Positions 1 to 14,537 of a stretch of 64,000 nt of DNA are shown here, piece after piece. Made by a program: the position numbers and the translations under genes. This DNA comes from Chamaesiphon sp. (GTDB taxonomy: Bacteria; Cyanobacteriota; Cyanobacteriia; Cyanobacteriales; Chamaesiphonaceae), in assembly GCA_965246715.1 (NCBI GenBank), contig CBDFFH010000038.1, positions 96,001 to 160,000 of the forward strand. Reading direction: 5' to 3'. Numbering within the stretch: position 1 is the first letter of the stretch; each line of letters begins with the position of its first letter. The notes under the pieces were generated by a model, which did not search any database, was not told the DNA's origin, and worked only from the letters and a program-made list of their open reading frames with translations.

Positions 1-407
1 CGACATTTCAAAATACTCAGAAAATTACCGCCGACCTCGACGATCTGACTGGTAGCCCTGAATTTAGATCCAATCTCCGCAATCTAGTCAATGGCTTGGG
101 TAAATTAGTTTCCTCTACTGAGCAATTGGAACAACAGGCTAAATTAGCTCAAACGATCGAACCAATCGGCAAGTCGCTTACGTACATCAGTAAAATGCCA
201 TCCCCAATTCCGGCGGTACGCCAACCAGTATTAGTACCGATCGATCCAAACTCAAATTCCAAACTCGGTGGCATCGATCGATCTAAATCCGAGCCAAAAT
301 ACCGACTCAAAGTTAACACCCCATTACTAGAAGTCTCTCCCAGTCCATCGGCTCAGCCACAGAGTCGCAACAATTTACAACCGCTCCCAACTTCTTCTAA
401 ACCATGA
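1..407 (+). CDS. MlaD/MCE-family ABC substrate-binding protein, 3' part (runs in from before the window)
   Basis: The frame from position 3 is open and reads TFQNTQKITADLDDLTGSPEFRSNLRNLVNGLGKLVSSTEQLEQQ, typical of the C-terminus of cyanobacterial MlaD/Ycf22 proteins. It has a Pro-rich tail and stops at TGA 405-407. Confidence 0.75.
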   Translation, partial: TFQNTQKITADLDDLTGSPEFRSNLRNLVNGLGKLVSSTEQLEQQAKLAQTIEPIGKSLTYISKMPSPIPAVRQPVLVPIDPNSNSKLGGIDRSKSEPKYRLKVNTPLLEVSPSPSAQPQSRNNLQPLPTSSKP

Positions 408-413
408 ACTTTC

Positions 414-1828
414 GGTTCTACCGAACTTACTATGCTAAATCAAGGATTGAAATGCCATGCTAGCAAACTTCTGATCTGAAAATTCTCAAAATTTCTAAAC
501 CCATATCCCATTCTTTTTATTAGCTTGAGTTTATTGTTAATTCCTTCGACGACTCCTTGAGTTGTTCTATTATCAAAATAGGCAATTATTTCACCAATCC
601 ATCTTTTAATAGTTCCACAACTCTTGGGGAATTTCCCACAAGCATTCTTGAGCCAGTCACACAAGCTTATTAGCCCATTTCCCCAATCTGTTTTTGATTC
701 AAATATATCTCTAAATAACTCTTTTGTTTTGTGCATTGCTGCTAATTCTGGAAAAACGTCTCCAATCTCTTTCAACTTCTCTTTTTGCAATTCATTCAAA
801 TCCGCTTCGTTTTTGAGTATTGCATATTTACTGTGAGTTAATGCTGCTAATTTCTTGTTCTTTTCATCTTTGTTCTTCACCCTCTCAGCCTCTCTTTTGA
901 TTTTAATTCTCTCTCGATCTAACTCTTCATTTATCTGTTTCATTACATGAAATCTGTCTCCAACCACTTCAGCATTTGGTATCAATTCATTTACCAGACT
1001 TTTGTATGATGAAAATAGATCGATACTTACTTCTGTAATTTGGTTCAAAACCTCCGAACCCCAAGACTTCAAGCACTCACCAATACATTCTTGAGTCCTT
1101 TTTGGTAAGATGGCTATTAACTCTCTTTTTTCTAGATCTACTAACACCGCACAATAGTTTTTTTGCCCTTTAACAAAGGCAATTTCATCAATTCCTAGTC
1201 TGGTTAAATTCTCTGGCTTTTTTTGCACTAGATTTACCCCAGCTTTTTTGATTATTGTCTCCACTTCTTGCTCACTTAATCCATTTCTTTTGGCAACACT
1301 TTTAATATCACTAGCTAGACTCTCTTCGACAATCTTCTGCTTCATTCGCTCGGTGAAATGACTTCTCTTTTTGATGAAATTTAATTCCTCACTGAATTTT
1401 CGACCACAACTCATACACTTGAATTGACGACGATTAATTTTAAGGTAAACATCATGTTCACCGAATGGTAGATCTCTCACTGTTAATTGGTGATTCTCAT
1501 GAAGTTTATTACTTTCAGTTCCACAATGAGGACACACTGCTTTTAATTGCTGATTTTCTAGATAAATAAAATAACCGATTTCATCTAAGATCTTATAAGC
1601 AGTGACGGTCATTCCGTCGATATTAAGAATTTCATTAATGGTTTTTAGTTGCGATTTGGATGACATAATGCAATTCAAGCTTATTTGTTGCCAGAAATCA
1701 AGATCTTACTATTCTATAATAAAATCTGTCATTTATGCTGCACCAAGCTTCCATAACTCAAAATTATCAATTTTGTCAATTAAACTTGATTCTTATCCAC
1801 TACTTAGCATAGCAAGTTCGGTAGAGCC
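414..1828 (-). mobile_element. ISL3-family insertion sequence, complete
   Basis: Terminal IRs GGTTCTACCGAACTTACTATGCTAA (from 414) and TTAGCATAGCAAGTTCGGTAGAGCC (ending 1828). The 8-bp target duplication GAACTTTC is at 406-413 and 1829-1836. Confidence 0.95.
440..1678 (-). CDS. ISL3-family transposase
   Basis: Zn finger CPHCG...CMSCG, plus the motifs LGIDE, DRFHV and EGINNKLKLIKRMGYGFRNF. Confidence 0.95.
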   Translation of the reverse strand: MNCIMSSKSQLKTINEILNIDGMTVTAYKILDEIGYFIYLENQQLKAVCPHCGTESNKLHENHQLTVRDLPFGEHDVYLKINRRQFKCMSCGRKFSEELNFIKKRSHFTERMKQKIVEESLASDIKSVAKRNGLSEQEVETIIKKAGVNLVQKKPENLTRLGIDEIAFVKGQKNYCAVLVDLEKRELIAILPKRTQECIGECLKSWGSEVLNQITEVSIDLFSSYKSLVNELIPNAEVVGDRFHVMKQINEELDRERIKIKREAERVKNKDEKNKKLAALTHSKYAILKNEADLNELQKEKLKEIGDVFPELAAMHKTKELFRDIFESKTDWGNGLISLCDWLKNACGKFPKSCGTIKRWIGEIIAYFDNRTTQGVVEGINNKLKLIKRMGYGFRNFENFQIRSLLAWHFNP

Positions 1829-2005
1829 GAACTTTCGGCGCAAGATTGTTGTCAGGCTCCGAGCCTTGCGATTATTAATAAGTATTATTTCCCCAATCTC
1901 GCGATCGGTGTTATTTAATAATAAGATGTAGATAAAACAATTTCGCGCTGAGTTATTTTTATATAAAACTCGATCTTCGAGCATTAGCGATCGATTTGAG
2001 CACAT

Positions 2006-2839
2006 GTGACTAAACTAACCAGCCAAACTAGATCTCTCCGTCGTAGTTGGTGGATTAAACGTAGCCTTACAATTGTCTATGGGCTAACGATCGTGTATGG
2101 AGTTGTGGCTTATACAATCTTGCCAGCATTATGGCGACACTACGAACACAATCCCAACTTGGCAGCATCGCCCAAAGTCACGCGCACAGCTGAAGGCATT
2201 CCTGGAGATCCACTGAATATTGGGGTAGTTGGTACGCAATCGGAAGTAGTTCGATCCCTGCTCTTAGCAGGTTGGTATCCAGCAGATCCGTTAACGCTGA
2301 AGACTAGCATCGGTATTGCCAAGAGTGTGTTATTCAAGCGTCCGTATATCACCGCCCCAGTTAGCGATTTATACTTTTATGGACGAAGACAAGATTTAGC
2401 GTTCGAGCAACCCGTCGGTAGTAGCGCCAACCAACGCCATCACGTTCGGTTTTGGCGATCGAGCATCGACGATCCTGCTAGTGGTAGAATCCTCTGGGTC
2501 GGTTCGGCAACATTCGATCTCAAAAGTGGATTCAGTCATCTCACAGGTAAGATTACCCATCATATTGCTGCTGACATCGACACCGAAAGAAATAGTACGA
2601 TCGCCAGTTTAGAAAGCGTACATCAAGTAATTAGCATCTACCAAGTCGCTGGAGTCGATCCGACTCTTCGGGCATATAATGGCGGGGGCGATCCGTATTA
2701 TACAGATGGAGAAATAACGATCGCCTTATTATCCACAAATAATCTTCCATCGACTCAAGCTCCAATTCAATCACCCAACCCTCCCGCAATCCAAGTTAAA
2801 CATCAGCTTTGGCAATGGTGGCGAGGAATTAAGGGATAA
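2006..2839 (+). CDS. LssY C-terminal domain membrane protein
   Basis: N-terminal TM helix; motifs GDPLNI, APVSDLYFYGRRQDLAFEQ, RHHVRFW, THHIAADIDTER and NGGGDPYYTDG. Confidence 0.85.
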   Translation: MTKLTSQTRSLRRSWWIKRSLTIVYGLTIVYGVVAYTILPALWRHYEHNPNLAASPKVTRTAEGIPGDPLNIGVVGTQSEVVRSLLLAGWYPADPLTLKTSIGIAKSVLFKRPYITAPVSDLYFYGRRQDLAFEQPVGSSANQRHHVRFWRSSIDDPASGRILWVGSATFDLKSGFSHLTGKITHHIAADIDTERNSTIASLESVHQVISIYQVAGVDPTLRAYNGGGDPYYTDGEITIALLSTNNLPSTQAPIQSPNPPAIQVKHQLWQWWRGIKG

Positions 2840-2854
2840 TTTTCTGACTTGAAT

Positions 2855-3817
2855 TTAACTCATTCGATCGTATTTTTTAGCTTGAATTTGTTTGCGACCG
2901 ACTTCCGCTAAAGTATATAAAGGTCTACCTTTGACTTCCTCATAGATCCGTCCGATATATTCTCCTAAAATCCCGATACTAATTAATTGCACGGCACCTA
3001 AAAAGAAAATTGCGATCGCAATGGTAGCAAAACCAGTGAGTGTGGAATGAGGCGTAAAAAATCGCCAATAGAATACCAACACAGCCATAATCAGTGCGAC
3101 TAATGCCGAAAATAGTCCTAAATAAGTAGACAACCGCAGGGGGATACTCGAGAACGAAACTAACCCATTGATTGCCAATCCAAAACTTTTCGCAAACGTA
3201 TATTTAACATCCCCTGCAAACCGTGAATCTCGATCGAATTTAAGTGCAGTTTGCTTGAAACCCACCCACGAGCGCAACCCTCGAATATACCGATTGCGTT
3301 CGGGCATCTGGTTGAGAAGATCTACTACCTGTCGATCCATCAAACAAAAATCACCAGTATCTGTAGGAATATCTACATCGGCTAGCTGTTTGAGAATCCG
3401 ATAAAATGCATACGCACAAAGCCGCTTAAACCAACTTTCGTTGACTCTTTTCGTCCGTTGAGCATAAACAACTTGATACCCCTGTTGCCATAATACAAGC
3501 ATCTGCGGAATTAATTCAGGCGGATCTTGCAGATCCGCATCCATCACGATAATTACCTTGCCCCGTACATAATTCAGCCCAGCCGTAACCGCAATTTGAT
3601 GGCCGAAATTTCTTGACAGACTCAGGTAAACGACCCGTTCGTCTCGCTCGTGTAATTCTCTTAATAACTCTAACGTGCGATCGCGACTACCATCATTAAT
3701 CAAAATTAATTCTGCCAAATCGTCTAATTTATCTATTACCGCACTCACCCGTTGATACAATGCCGGAATCGTACTCTCTTCGTTATAGACAGGAATCACC
3801 AACGAATATTTTGGCAT
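2855..3817 (-). CDS. Glycosyltransferase family 2, GtrB/ArnC-like (polyprenol-phosphate sugar transferase)
   Basis: [26 protein letters not shown] and [10 protein letters not shown], with two C-terminal TM helices. Start taken at the ATG of MPKYS. Confidence 0.9.
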   Translation of the reverse strand: MPKYSLVIPVYNEESTIPALYQRVSAVIDKLDDLAELILINDGSRDRTLELLRELHERDERVVYLSLSRNFGHQIAVTAGLNYVRGKVIIVMDADLQDPPELIPQMLVLWQQGYQVVYAQRTKRVNESWFKRLCAYAFYRILKQLADVDIPTDTGDFCLMDRQVVDLLNQMPERNRYIRGLRSWVGFKQTALKFDRDSRFAGDVKYTFAKSFGLAINGLVSFSSIPLRLSTYLGLFSALVALIMAVLVFYWRFFTPHSTLTGFATIAIAIFFLGAVQLISIGILGEYIGRIYEEVKGRPLYTLAEVGRKQIQAKKYDRMS

Positions 3818-3992
3818 GGAATTATAATCGATCGTTAAACTCAAAAAACTCAAAAACTACTGGTATGAATTACACTGTCTCTTCTCTTCGATCGATTTGA
3901 TAATTCGATTAACTCGATCGAACTTAGCGATTAGGTATCTGTTAAATATTCATTCTAGCACTCGAAAATCTATAATCTATCTCCACGTGTAA

Positions 3993-4031
3993 GTAAAACA
4001 AAACTCCTCAAGAAGTTCTTAAGGAGTTTTG
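3993..4031 (-). terminator. Intrinsic terminator of the rRNA operon
   Basis: Hairpin CAAAACTCCT...AGGAGTTTTG followed on the minus strand by a T-rich run, just downstream of the 5S gene. Confidence 0.7.
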
Positions 4032-4043
4032 CTTGAAGATTAA

Positions 4044-4162
4044 GCTTGGCACCGAGCTATTTTGACAGGGGGCAACCCCCCAACTATCGTCGCCGCAACA
4101 GCGTTTAACAACCGAGTTCGGGAAGGGATCGGAGTGGAACCACTATGCCATAGACACCAAGC
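4044..4162 (-). rRNA. rrf: 5S rRNA
   Basis: Minus strand GCTTGGTGTCTATGGC...CCGAACTCGGTTGTTAAACG...CGGTGCCAAGC with a paired terminal stem; ends approximate. Confidence 0.95.
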
Positions 4163-4250
4163 AGGTGTGGTTTTAACGCACACCTTGAAGACTGCAGAGT
4201 AATCAACATATTTATTGTCAGGGATGGCAAATCCAAATCTTGATTTACGA

Positions 4251-7141
<2,891 letters not shown>

Positions 7142-7404
7142 ACTTCATGACTTTACTCAAACAACTTGTTATTCACTTTGTTGCTTCAACTTTGTCATGA
7201 GTTTAAATTAGTTTGGATTGTCTGTAATCTTGCGATTACGACTACCTGACTTGTTGATTACTATGCAGTTGTCAAGGTGCGAACTGGACTTTAAGTCCAG
7301 CAGACTACTTTTTAGTTAGTAGGTGCTGAAATCACTTCCGCTGTTTGCTGGTTGATTCTAGTTTGAAGCTGAGTGTGTTGGTTTTAGCTGATGGTGGAAA
7401 CCAA

Positions 7405-7477
7405 TGGAGGTTAGCGGACTCGAACCGCTGACATCCTGCTTGCAAAGCAGGCGCTCTACCAACTGAGCTAAACCCCC
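7405..7477 (-). tRNA. tRNA-Ala(TGC) in the 16S-23S ITS
   Basis: GGGGGTTTAGCTCAGTTGGTAGAGCGCCTGCTTTGCAAGCAGG...GGTTCGAGTCC...CCTCCA, 73 nt. Confidence 0.97.
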
Positions 7478-7545
7478 TAGTTTGTTTAACAGTTACTGGT
7501 GTTTGAATTCAGTTAGGTGCTAAATTTACAACTGATAAGAAAAGA

Positions 7546-7619
<74 letters not shown>

Positions 7620-7739
7620 AGGTCAGCTGAACTAGAATATAAGTTTGAAAGCCACTCTCGATAACTCGCTCGACCTTGGGATAACATATATCTGACTTAA
7701 TCCAAATTGTTTCGGTCGAGATATTGTGAGGTCTCCCTA

Positions 7740-9227
<1,488 letters not shown>

Positions 9228-9448
9228 ATATATGAAGAGCCACTAACTTGGCTCGATTTGTATTATTTTAAGACTCTACTCGTCTGCTCTTCCCATAACT
9301 GAGTTGAGCTGTTATAATCGTGTTAACGAAATTAACGAGGTTTAATCGGCTTTCAAACTATATAGTTGTCTAGGTTCAGGGTGAAGAGTTTGGCTCTAGG
9401 AGCGACTTCCGTCGTTTCCGTGTCGCCGTTTCCCTCGACCGCTTTACT

Positions 9449-9477
9449 AATATAGCTTGTCTGTCTTTGATTGTCAA
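9449..9477 (-). promoter_or_regulatory. Sigma70-type promoter of the rRNA operon
   Basis: Minus strand TTGACA-N17-TATATT, about 220 bp upstream of the 16S gene. Confidence 0.8.
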
Positions 9478-9744
9478 TACTTTGCGCTAAATTTAGCTCC
9501 TCCTTCTCTGCGACTCGCTTTCAGCCCTTTTTTAGTAAGGATCCTTGAAGTATCCTCAAAGAAATTTAGATCTCAACCCCTATTCTCTGCCAAGCAAATC
9601 GGCTATAAGTCATGTATATAAAAACTTATAGCCGATTATTGTTTTTAAAATGTTTTTTGAGATAGCGATCGAAAATCCTCTTTAGGGTAGATTTTATTTG
9701 TTGAAAGATCGCCTAGATTTGAGGGGTATTTCAGTAAAGGTAGC

Positions 9745-11595
9745 GTGAGCGTGAAAGTCGGTGCTTGGTATGTAGGTAGCGATCGCTGCCAGTTTACAGT
9801 GTGGGCACCTAGTGCCGAACGGGTGGCAGTCAAAATTGTCGCTCCTACCAAGCGGGTATTGCCGATGCAACCGCTCGAATTTGGCTACTGGCAAGTCACC
9901 GCAGAGCAAATCGTGCCAGGGACTACTTATATGTATCAGCTCGATGGCGATCTCGAACGTCCCGATCCGGCATCCCAGTCTCAACCTGAAGGGGTACATG
10001 GGGTTTCGCAGATAATCGACCATCCTCAGTTTGCCTGGAGCGATCGCGAGTGGTCGAATTTACCGCTTGAAGATCTGATTATTTACGAACTACATACGGG
10101 TACATTTACGTCTGACGGTACCTTCGATGCGATCGTCTCACGCTTGCCCTACTTGAAAGATTTGGGCGTAAATACGATCGAATTAATGCCGATCGCCCAA
10201 TTTCCTGGCAGCCGCAACTGGGGCTACGATGGTGTTTACCCCTTTGCTGTGCAAGATTCCTATGGAGGTGTCAATGGCCTCAAGCGCTTGGTCGATGCTT
10301 GTCACCAGCAAGGCATGGCCATCCTATTGGATGTAGTTTACAACCATTTTGGCCCCGAAGGCTGCTACATCGGCGATTTTGGCCCCTACTATATCGATAA
10401 ATACAAATGTTTGTGGGGCAGTGCGCTGAATTTTGATAGTGCAGCTAGCTACGGCGTACGTAACTACTTTATTCAAAATGCCCTTTATTGGCTGGAAACC
10501 TTTCACCTGGACGGTTTACGCCTAGATGCCAGCGACAACATTTTCGATCTCAATGCCAAACATTTTCTTCAAGAGCTAGCAGAAACCACCGCAGAGCTGT
10601 CCGAACGTGCAGGTAGACCATTTTACCTAATTGCTGAAAACGACCTCAGCGATGTCCGCCTCACTCGCACAGCCGCGCAAGGCGGTTACGGGCTGGATGC
10701 CCAGTGGAACGATGCTTTTCACCATTGCGTGCATACTGTCCTCACGGGCGAACAGTCAGGGTATTACAAAGATTATGGTACCTTCGAGCAACTAGCTAAA
10801 GCCTACAAGCAAGGATTCGTCTACTCTTGGGACTACTCACCCGATCGTCAGCGTTATCATGGTAGCGATTCAAGCGAGTTGCCAGGGCATAAAATGGTAG
10901 TTTGCATCCAAAATCACGATCAAGTAGGCAACCGGATTTTAGGCGATCGATTGACGCAATTAGTTTCATTTGATGCACTCAAAGTTGCCGCTGCGGCTCT
11001 ATTTTTAGCGCCGAATATTCCCCTATTATTTATGGGTGAAGAATATGCTGAAGATGCCCCTTTCCTCTACTTTGTCAGTCATACCGACCCCGAATTAATT
11101 GCTGCCGTTCGCGCTGGACGCAAGGAAGAATTCGCCCACTTTCATTTAGACCAGGATTACATCGATCCCGAAAGTGATGAAGCTTTCGATCGATCGCGCT
11201 TGCGCTGGGAAACCTGCCAGCAGGGCAAGCATCAAGTGATGTTTAGTTTGTACCAGCATTTAATTCAATTACGTTGCACGATTCCGGCGCTCAAACAATT
11301 AAATAAGCAAAATCTCGATGCGATCGGATTAGCTAAAGAGAAAGTTTTACTATTGCATCGCTGGTGTGATAATGGGGCAATTTTGTGTCTACTTAATTTT
11401 GGGCAGGAGGATGTCTCGTTCTCGCCAAATGTTCCCGATGGCAACTGGCAAAAAATCCTTGATTCTGCGGATGATAAATGGTTGGGTGTTGGTTCTTTAA
11501 TGCCGGAAATATTGAGTTCTTCAGATCGAGCGATTTCAATGCGAGCGAGCAGTTTTGCACTTTATCAATCCTATATAAGGGGGGTTGGGGGGTAA
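9745..11595 (+). CDS. treZ: Malto-oligosyltrehalose trehalohydrolase (GH13)
   Basis: RPDPASQSQPEGVHG, YELHTGTFT, WGYDGV, DVVYNHFGPEG, DGLRLDA and QNHDQVGNR. Confidence 0.95.
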   Translation: MSVKVGAWYVGSDRCQFTVWAPSAERVAVKIVAPTKRVLPMQPLEFGYWQVTAEQIVPGTTYMYQLDGDLERPDPASQSQPEGVHGVSQIIDHPQFAWSDREWSNLPLEDLIIYELHTGTFTSDGTFDAIVSRLPYLKDLGVNTIELMPIAQFPGSRNWGYDGVYPFAVQDSYGGVNGLKRLVDACHQQGMAILLDVVYNHFGPEGCYIGDFGPYYIDKYKCLWGSALNFDSAASYGVRNYFIQNALYWLETFHLDGLRLDASDNIFDLNAKHFLQELAETTAELSERAGRPFYLIAENDLSDVRLTRTAAQGGYGLDAQWNDAFHHCVHTVLTGEQSGYYKDYGTFEQLAKAYKQGFVYSWDYSPDRQRYHGSDSSELPGHKMVVCIQNHDQVGNRILGDRLTQLVSFDALKVAAAALFLAPNIPLLFMGEEYAEDAPFLYFVSHTDPELIAAVRAGRKEEFAHFHLDQDYIDPESDEAFDRSRLRWETCQQGKHQVMFSLYQHLIQLRCTIPALKQLNKQNLDAIGLAKEKVLLLHRWCDNGAILCLLNFGQEDVSFSPNVPDGNWQKILDSADDKWLGVGSLMPEILSSSDRAISMRASSFALYQSYIRGVGG

Positions 11596-11684
11596 GTCAA
11601 CCTCAAACGAAGCTAGTTTGGACATGTGCATCCAACACAGTAAATGCCCCCCTCTTCCATAACCTAATTCAGCACCGCCGAATT

Positions 11685-14480
11685 ATGAGAATTCCTACTG
11701 CTACATATCGACTGCAATTTCACAACGACTATACCTTTACCAATGCTCGATCGATCGTCGCCTACCTATCTGAATTAGGCATCTCCGATATCTATGCCTC
11801 CCCGATTTTTAAAGCTAGAGCAGGCAGTACCCACGGTTATGATGTCGTCGATCCTACTCAACTGAATCCAGAATTGGGTACCGCTGAAGAATTTGCAGAT
11901 TTAGTCAAAGAAGTTCGCGATCGCCAGATGGGTTGGTTACAGGATATCGTGCCCAATCATATGGCTTACGACAGCCAAAATCTCTGGCTGATGGATATCT
12001 TAGAGAATGGTTCGGATGCGGAATCATTTGACTATTTTGACATCGATTGGACACCGATTTCGGGAACTCTTCCCGCTCGTGTTTTAGCACCATTGCTCGG
12101 CAATTTTTATGCCGAGTGTCTAGAACAGGGGGATATTAAACTGGCTTATGAAGAAGGTGGACTGAGCATCAATTATTTTGGGTTAAGATTGCCAGTTCGA
12201 CTCGAATCGTATAATCGGTTTATCAAGAATAATTTAGGACAAATTACGCGATCGCTTGGCAGAAACCATCCAGATTTTATCAAGCTGCTCGGAATTTTAT
12301 ACTTGGTGAAAAATGTTTCGAGCGAAGCCAAAGGTCGGGAGTTTTACGATCGGATTAGTTTTGTGAAATCTCTATTATGGGAACTCTATAACCAAAATGA
12401 GATCGTTAAAGAGTTGTTTGATGCTAACGTGCTGGCATTTAATGGCGAAGTCGGCAAACCGGAGAGCTTTAATTTACTAGACGAACTACTCGGCGAACAG
12501 TTTTATCGACTCTCATTTTGGAAAGTGGGCGCAGAAGAGATTAATTATCGACGCTTTTTCACCGTCAACGAATTGATTTCGGTCAAGGTTGAAGAATTAA
12601 AAGTTTTCACTAAAACTCATTCCCTAATTGCTCAACTAGTTGAAGACAGTATATTTACGGGATTGCGAATCGATCATATCGATGGTTTGTACGATCCCGC
12701 TCAGTATCTAGAACGACTGCGCGATCGAGTGGGAGACATATACATTACTGTCGAAAAAATTTTAGAACTGTCAGAAGATCTGCCTGCGGATTGGTCGATC
12801 CAAGGTACCAGTGGCTATGAATTTCTCAATTATGCGAATGGTTTATTTTGTGGTGCAAAATACCAGAAGCAGTTGACACAGTTTTACTCAACATTTACTA
12901 GATCGTTTACTGAATATGAGACGTTAGCCGCCGATAAAAAACGCTTGATTATCGAAACAAATTTGGCTGGCGATGTCAGTAATCTCGCCGATCGACTCAA
13001 ACGAATTGCGGGGCAAACACGTCTCGGCGGTGACTTTACAATTTATGGTTTAAAGCGCGCCCTCACTGAATTGTTAGCATTTTTTCCAGTTTATCGGACT
13101 TATATTGCCTCCGATCGAGTTACGGAAGCCGATCGGACTGTCATTCAGCAAGCGATCGCTTTGTCCAAACACAAAGTCCCCCAACAGGTTAAAGAGCTGG
13201 ACTATATCGAGCAACTATTACTTCGCCAAAATGAAGAATATTTGACCGAAGCTCAAAAGAGCGATCGGTTGAATTTTATCATGCGAATGCAGCAACTGAC
13301 TGGGCCGTTAATGGCTAAAGGGATTGAAGATACATTGCTCTATAGTTATAACCGCTTACTCTCACTCAATGAAGTCGGCGGCAATCCCAGTCACTTCGGG
13401 GTATCTGTAGGGCAATTTCACGAATTCAATCAACACAAAGTTGTGCAGTGGCAGCATTCGATGAACGCCACCGCCACCCACGACACCAAACGCGGCGAAG
13501 ATATGCGTGCCCGATTGAATGTGCTCTCAGAATTGCCCACAGAATGGATCGATCTCGTCAAAGTTTGGGCAGATAGGAATGCTGACAAAAAGCCAAAGAT
13601 CGCTGGAAAAGCCGTGCCAAATTGCAATGATGAATACTTTCTTTATCAGACATTAGTAGGCGCATTTCCATTTATCGACAGCGAGTTTGATGATTTTATC
13701 GATCGCATCAAAGCCTATACGATTAAATCGGTGCGCGAAGCCAAAGTACATACCGCTTGGCTGCGCCCCGATAGCGACTACGAGGAGGGTTATCTCGCCT
13801 TTATCGATGCCATCCTCGCCGAGCCAGAAACTAACCCCTTCTTGCGGGAATTTAAGTCATTTCAGAGTCAAGTCGCCGAGTTCGGCATTCTCAATTCCCT
13901 CTCACAAGTGCTGTTGAAAAATACCGCGCCAGGGGTGCCGGATCTCTATCAGGGCGATGAATTGTGGGATTTGAGCCTCGTCGATCCTGATAATCGTCGT
14001 CCGGTAGATTACGATCGCCGCAAAACCTCGCTGAGCTATATTCGGGAGCAGATCGATCGCGATATTCTAGCCCTCATCGATGAACTATTTACCACCCGAA
14101 CAGACGGCAACATTAAGCTATTTCTCACCTATCAATTGCTGCAAGCTCGAAAGAAAGATCGAGATTTATTCCAGCAAGGCGACTACATCCCGCTTGAAGT
14201 GATGGGCGAGTTTAAAGAGCATGTCATCGCCTTTGGACGGCAGTTTGATGGCAAAATGGCGATCGCGATCGCGCCACGTTTTTTCGTCGGTTTAGTATCA
14301 CCAGGAGAACGCCCTTTGGGACAGGAAATTTGGAAAGATACAAGCATTCAGCTACCACCATCGGCACCGACGAATTGGACGAACATCATTACGGCTCAAC
14401 CTTTGAAATCTTCCTCCAGCCATCTTTCTGTTGGAGCAGCCCTCGAGCATTTTGCAGTTGCGATCGCGATCGGTCAATAA
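11685..14480 (+). CDS. treY: Malto-oligosyltrehalose synthase (GH13)
   Basis: Start at MRIPTATYRLQF; GSTHGYDVVDP, DIVPNHM, RIDHIDGL, THDTKRGED and SLVDPDNRRPVD. Confidence 0.95.
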   Translation: MRIPTATYRLQFHNDYTFTNARSIVAYLSELGISDIYASPIFKARAGSTHGYDVVDPTQLNPELGTAEEFADLVKEVRDRQMGWLQDIVPNHMAYDSQNLWLMDILENGSDAESFDYFDIDWTPISGTLPARVLAPLLGNFYAECLEQGDIKLAYEEGGLSINYFGLRLPVRLESYNRFIKNNLGQITRSLGRNHPDFIKLLGILYLVKNVSSEAKGREFYDRISFVKSLLWELYNQNEIVKELFDANVLAFNGEVGKPESFNLLDELLGEQFYRLSFWKVGAEEINYRRFFTVNELISVKVEELKVFTKTHSLIAQLVEDSIFTGLRIDHIDGLYDPAQYLERLRDRVGDIYITVEKILELSEDLPADWSIQGTSGYEFLNYANGLFCGAKYQKQLTQFYSTFTRSFTEYETLAADKKRLIIETNLAGDVSNLADRLKRIAGQTRLGGDFTIYGLKRALTELLAFFPVYRTYIASDRVTEADRTVIQQAIALSKHKVPQQVKELDYIEQLLLRQNEEYLTEAQKSDRLNFIMRMQQLTGPLMAKGIEDTLLYSYNRLLSLNEVGGNPSHFGVSVGQFHEFNQHKVVQWQHSMNATATHDTKRGEDMRARLNVLSELPTEWIDLVKVWADRNADKKPKIAGKAVPNCNDEYFLYQTLVGAFPFIDSEFDDFIDRIKAYTIKSVREAKVHTAWLRPDSDYEEGYLAFIDAILAEPETNPFLREFKSFQSQVAEFGILNSLSQVLLKNTAPGVPDLYQGDELWDLSLVDPDNRRPVDYDRRKTSLSYIREQIDRDILALIDELFTTRTDGNIKLFLTYQLLQARKKDRDLFQQGDYIPLEVMGEFKEHVIAFGRQFDGKMAIAIAPRFFVGLVSPGERPLGQEIWKDTSIQLPPSAPTNWTNIITAQPLKSSSSHLSVGAALEHFAVAIAIGQ

Positions 14481-14537
14481 ATCCATAGGAATTTATCGAT
14501 CGCGAGATTATTTTTTAACACCAAACAAACGAACGCG

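Noticed and set aside
4181..4208. Sequence complementary to 7252-7279 (and likewise 7627-7653 to 9349-9379)
   Set aside because: These are the normal precursor-rRNA processing stems and boxA regions, not a new repeat.
11478..11684. Extended N-terminus of the 1000-aa treY ORF
   Set aside because: It overlaps the treZ end; homology starts at MRIPTATYRLQ (11685). The N-terminal extensions of the 16161, 17263, 22102-23187 and 60051 ORFs were trimmed because homology or the likely start lies downstream.
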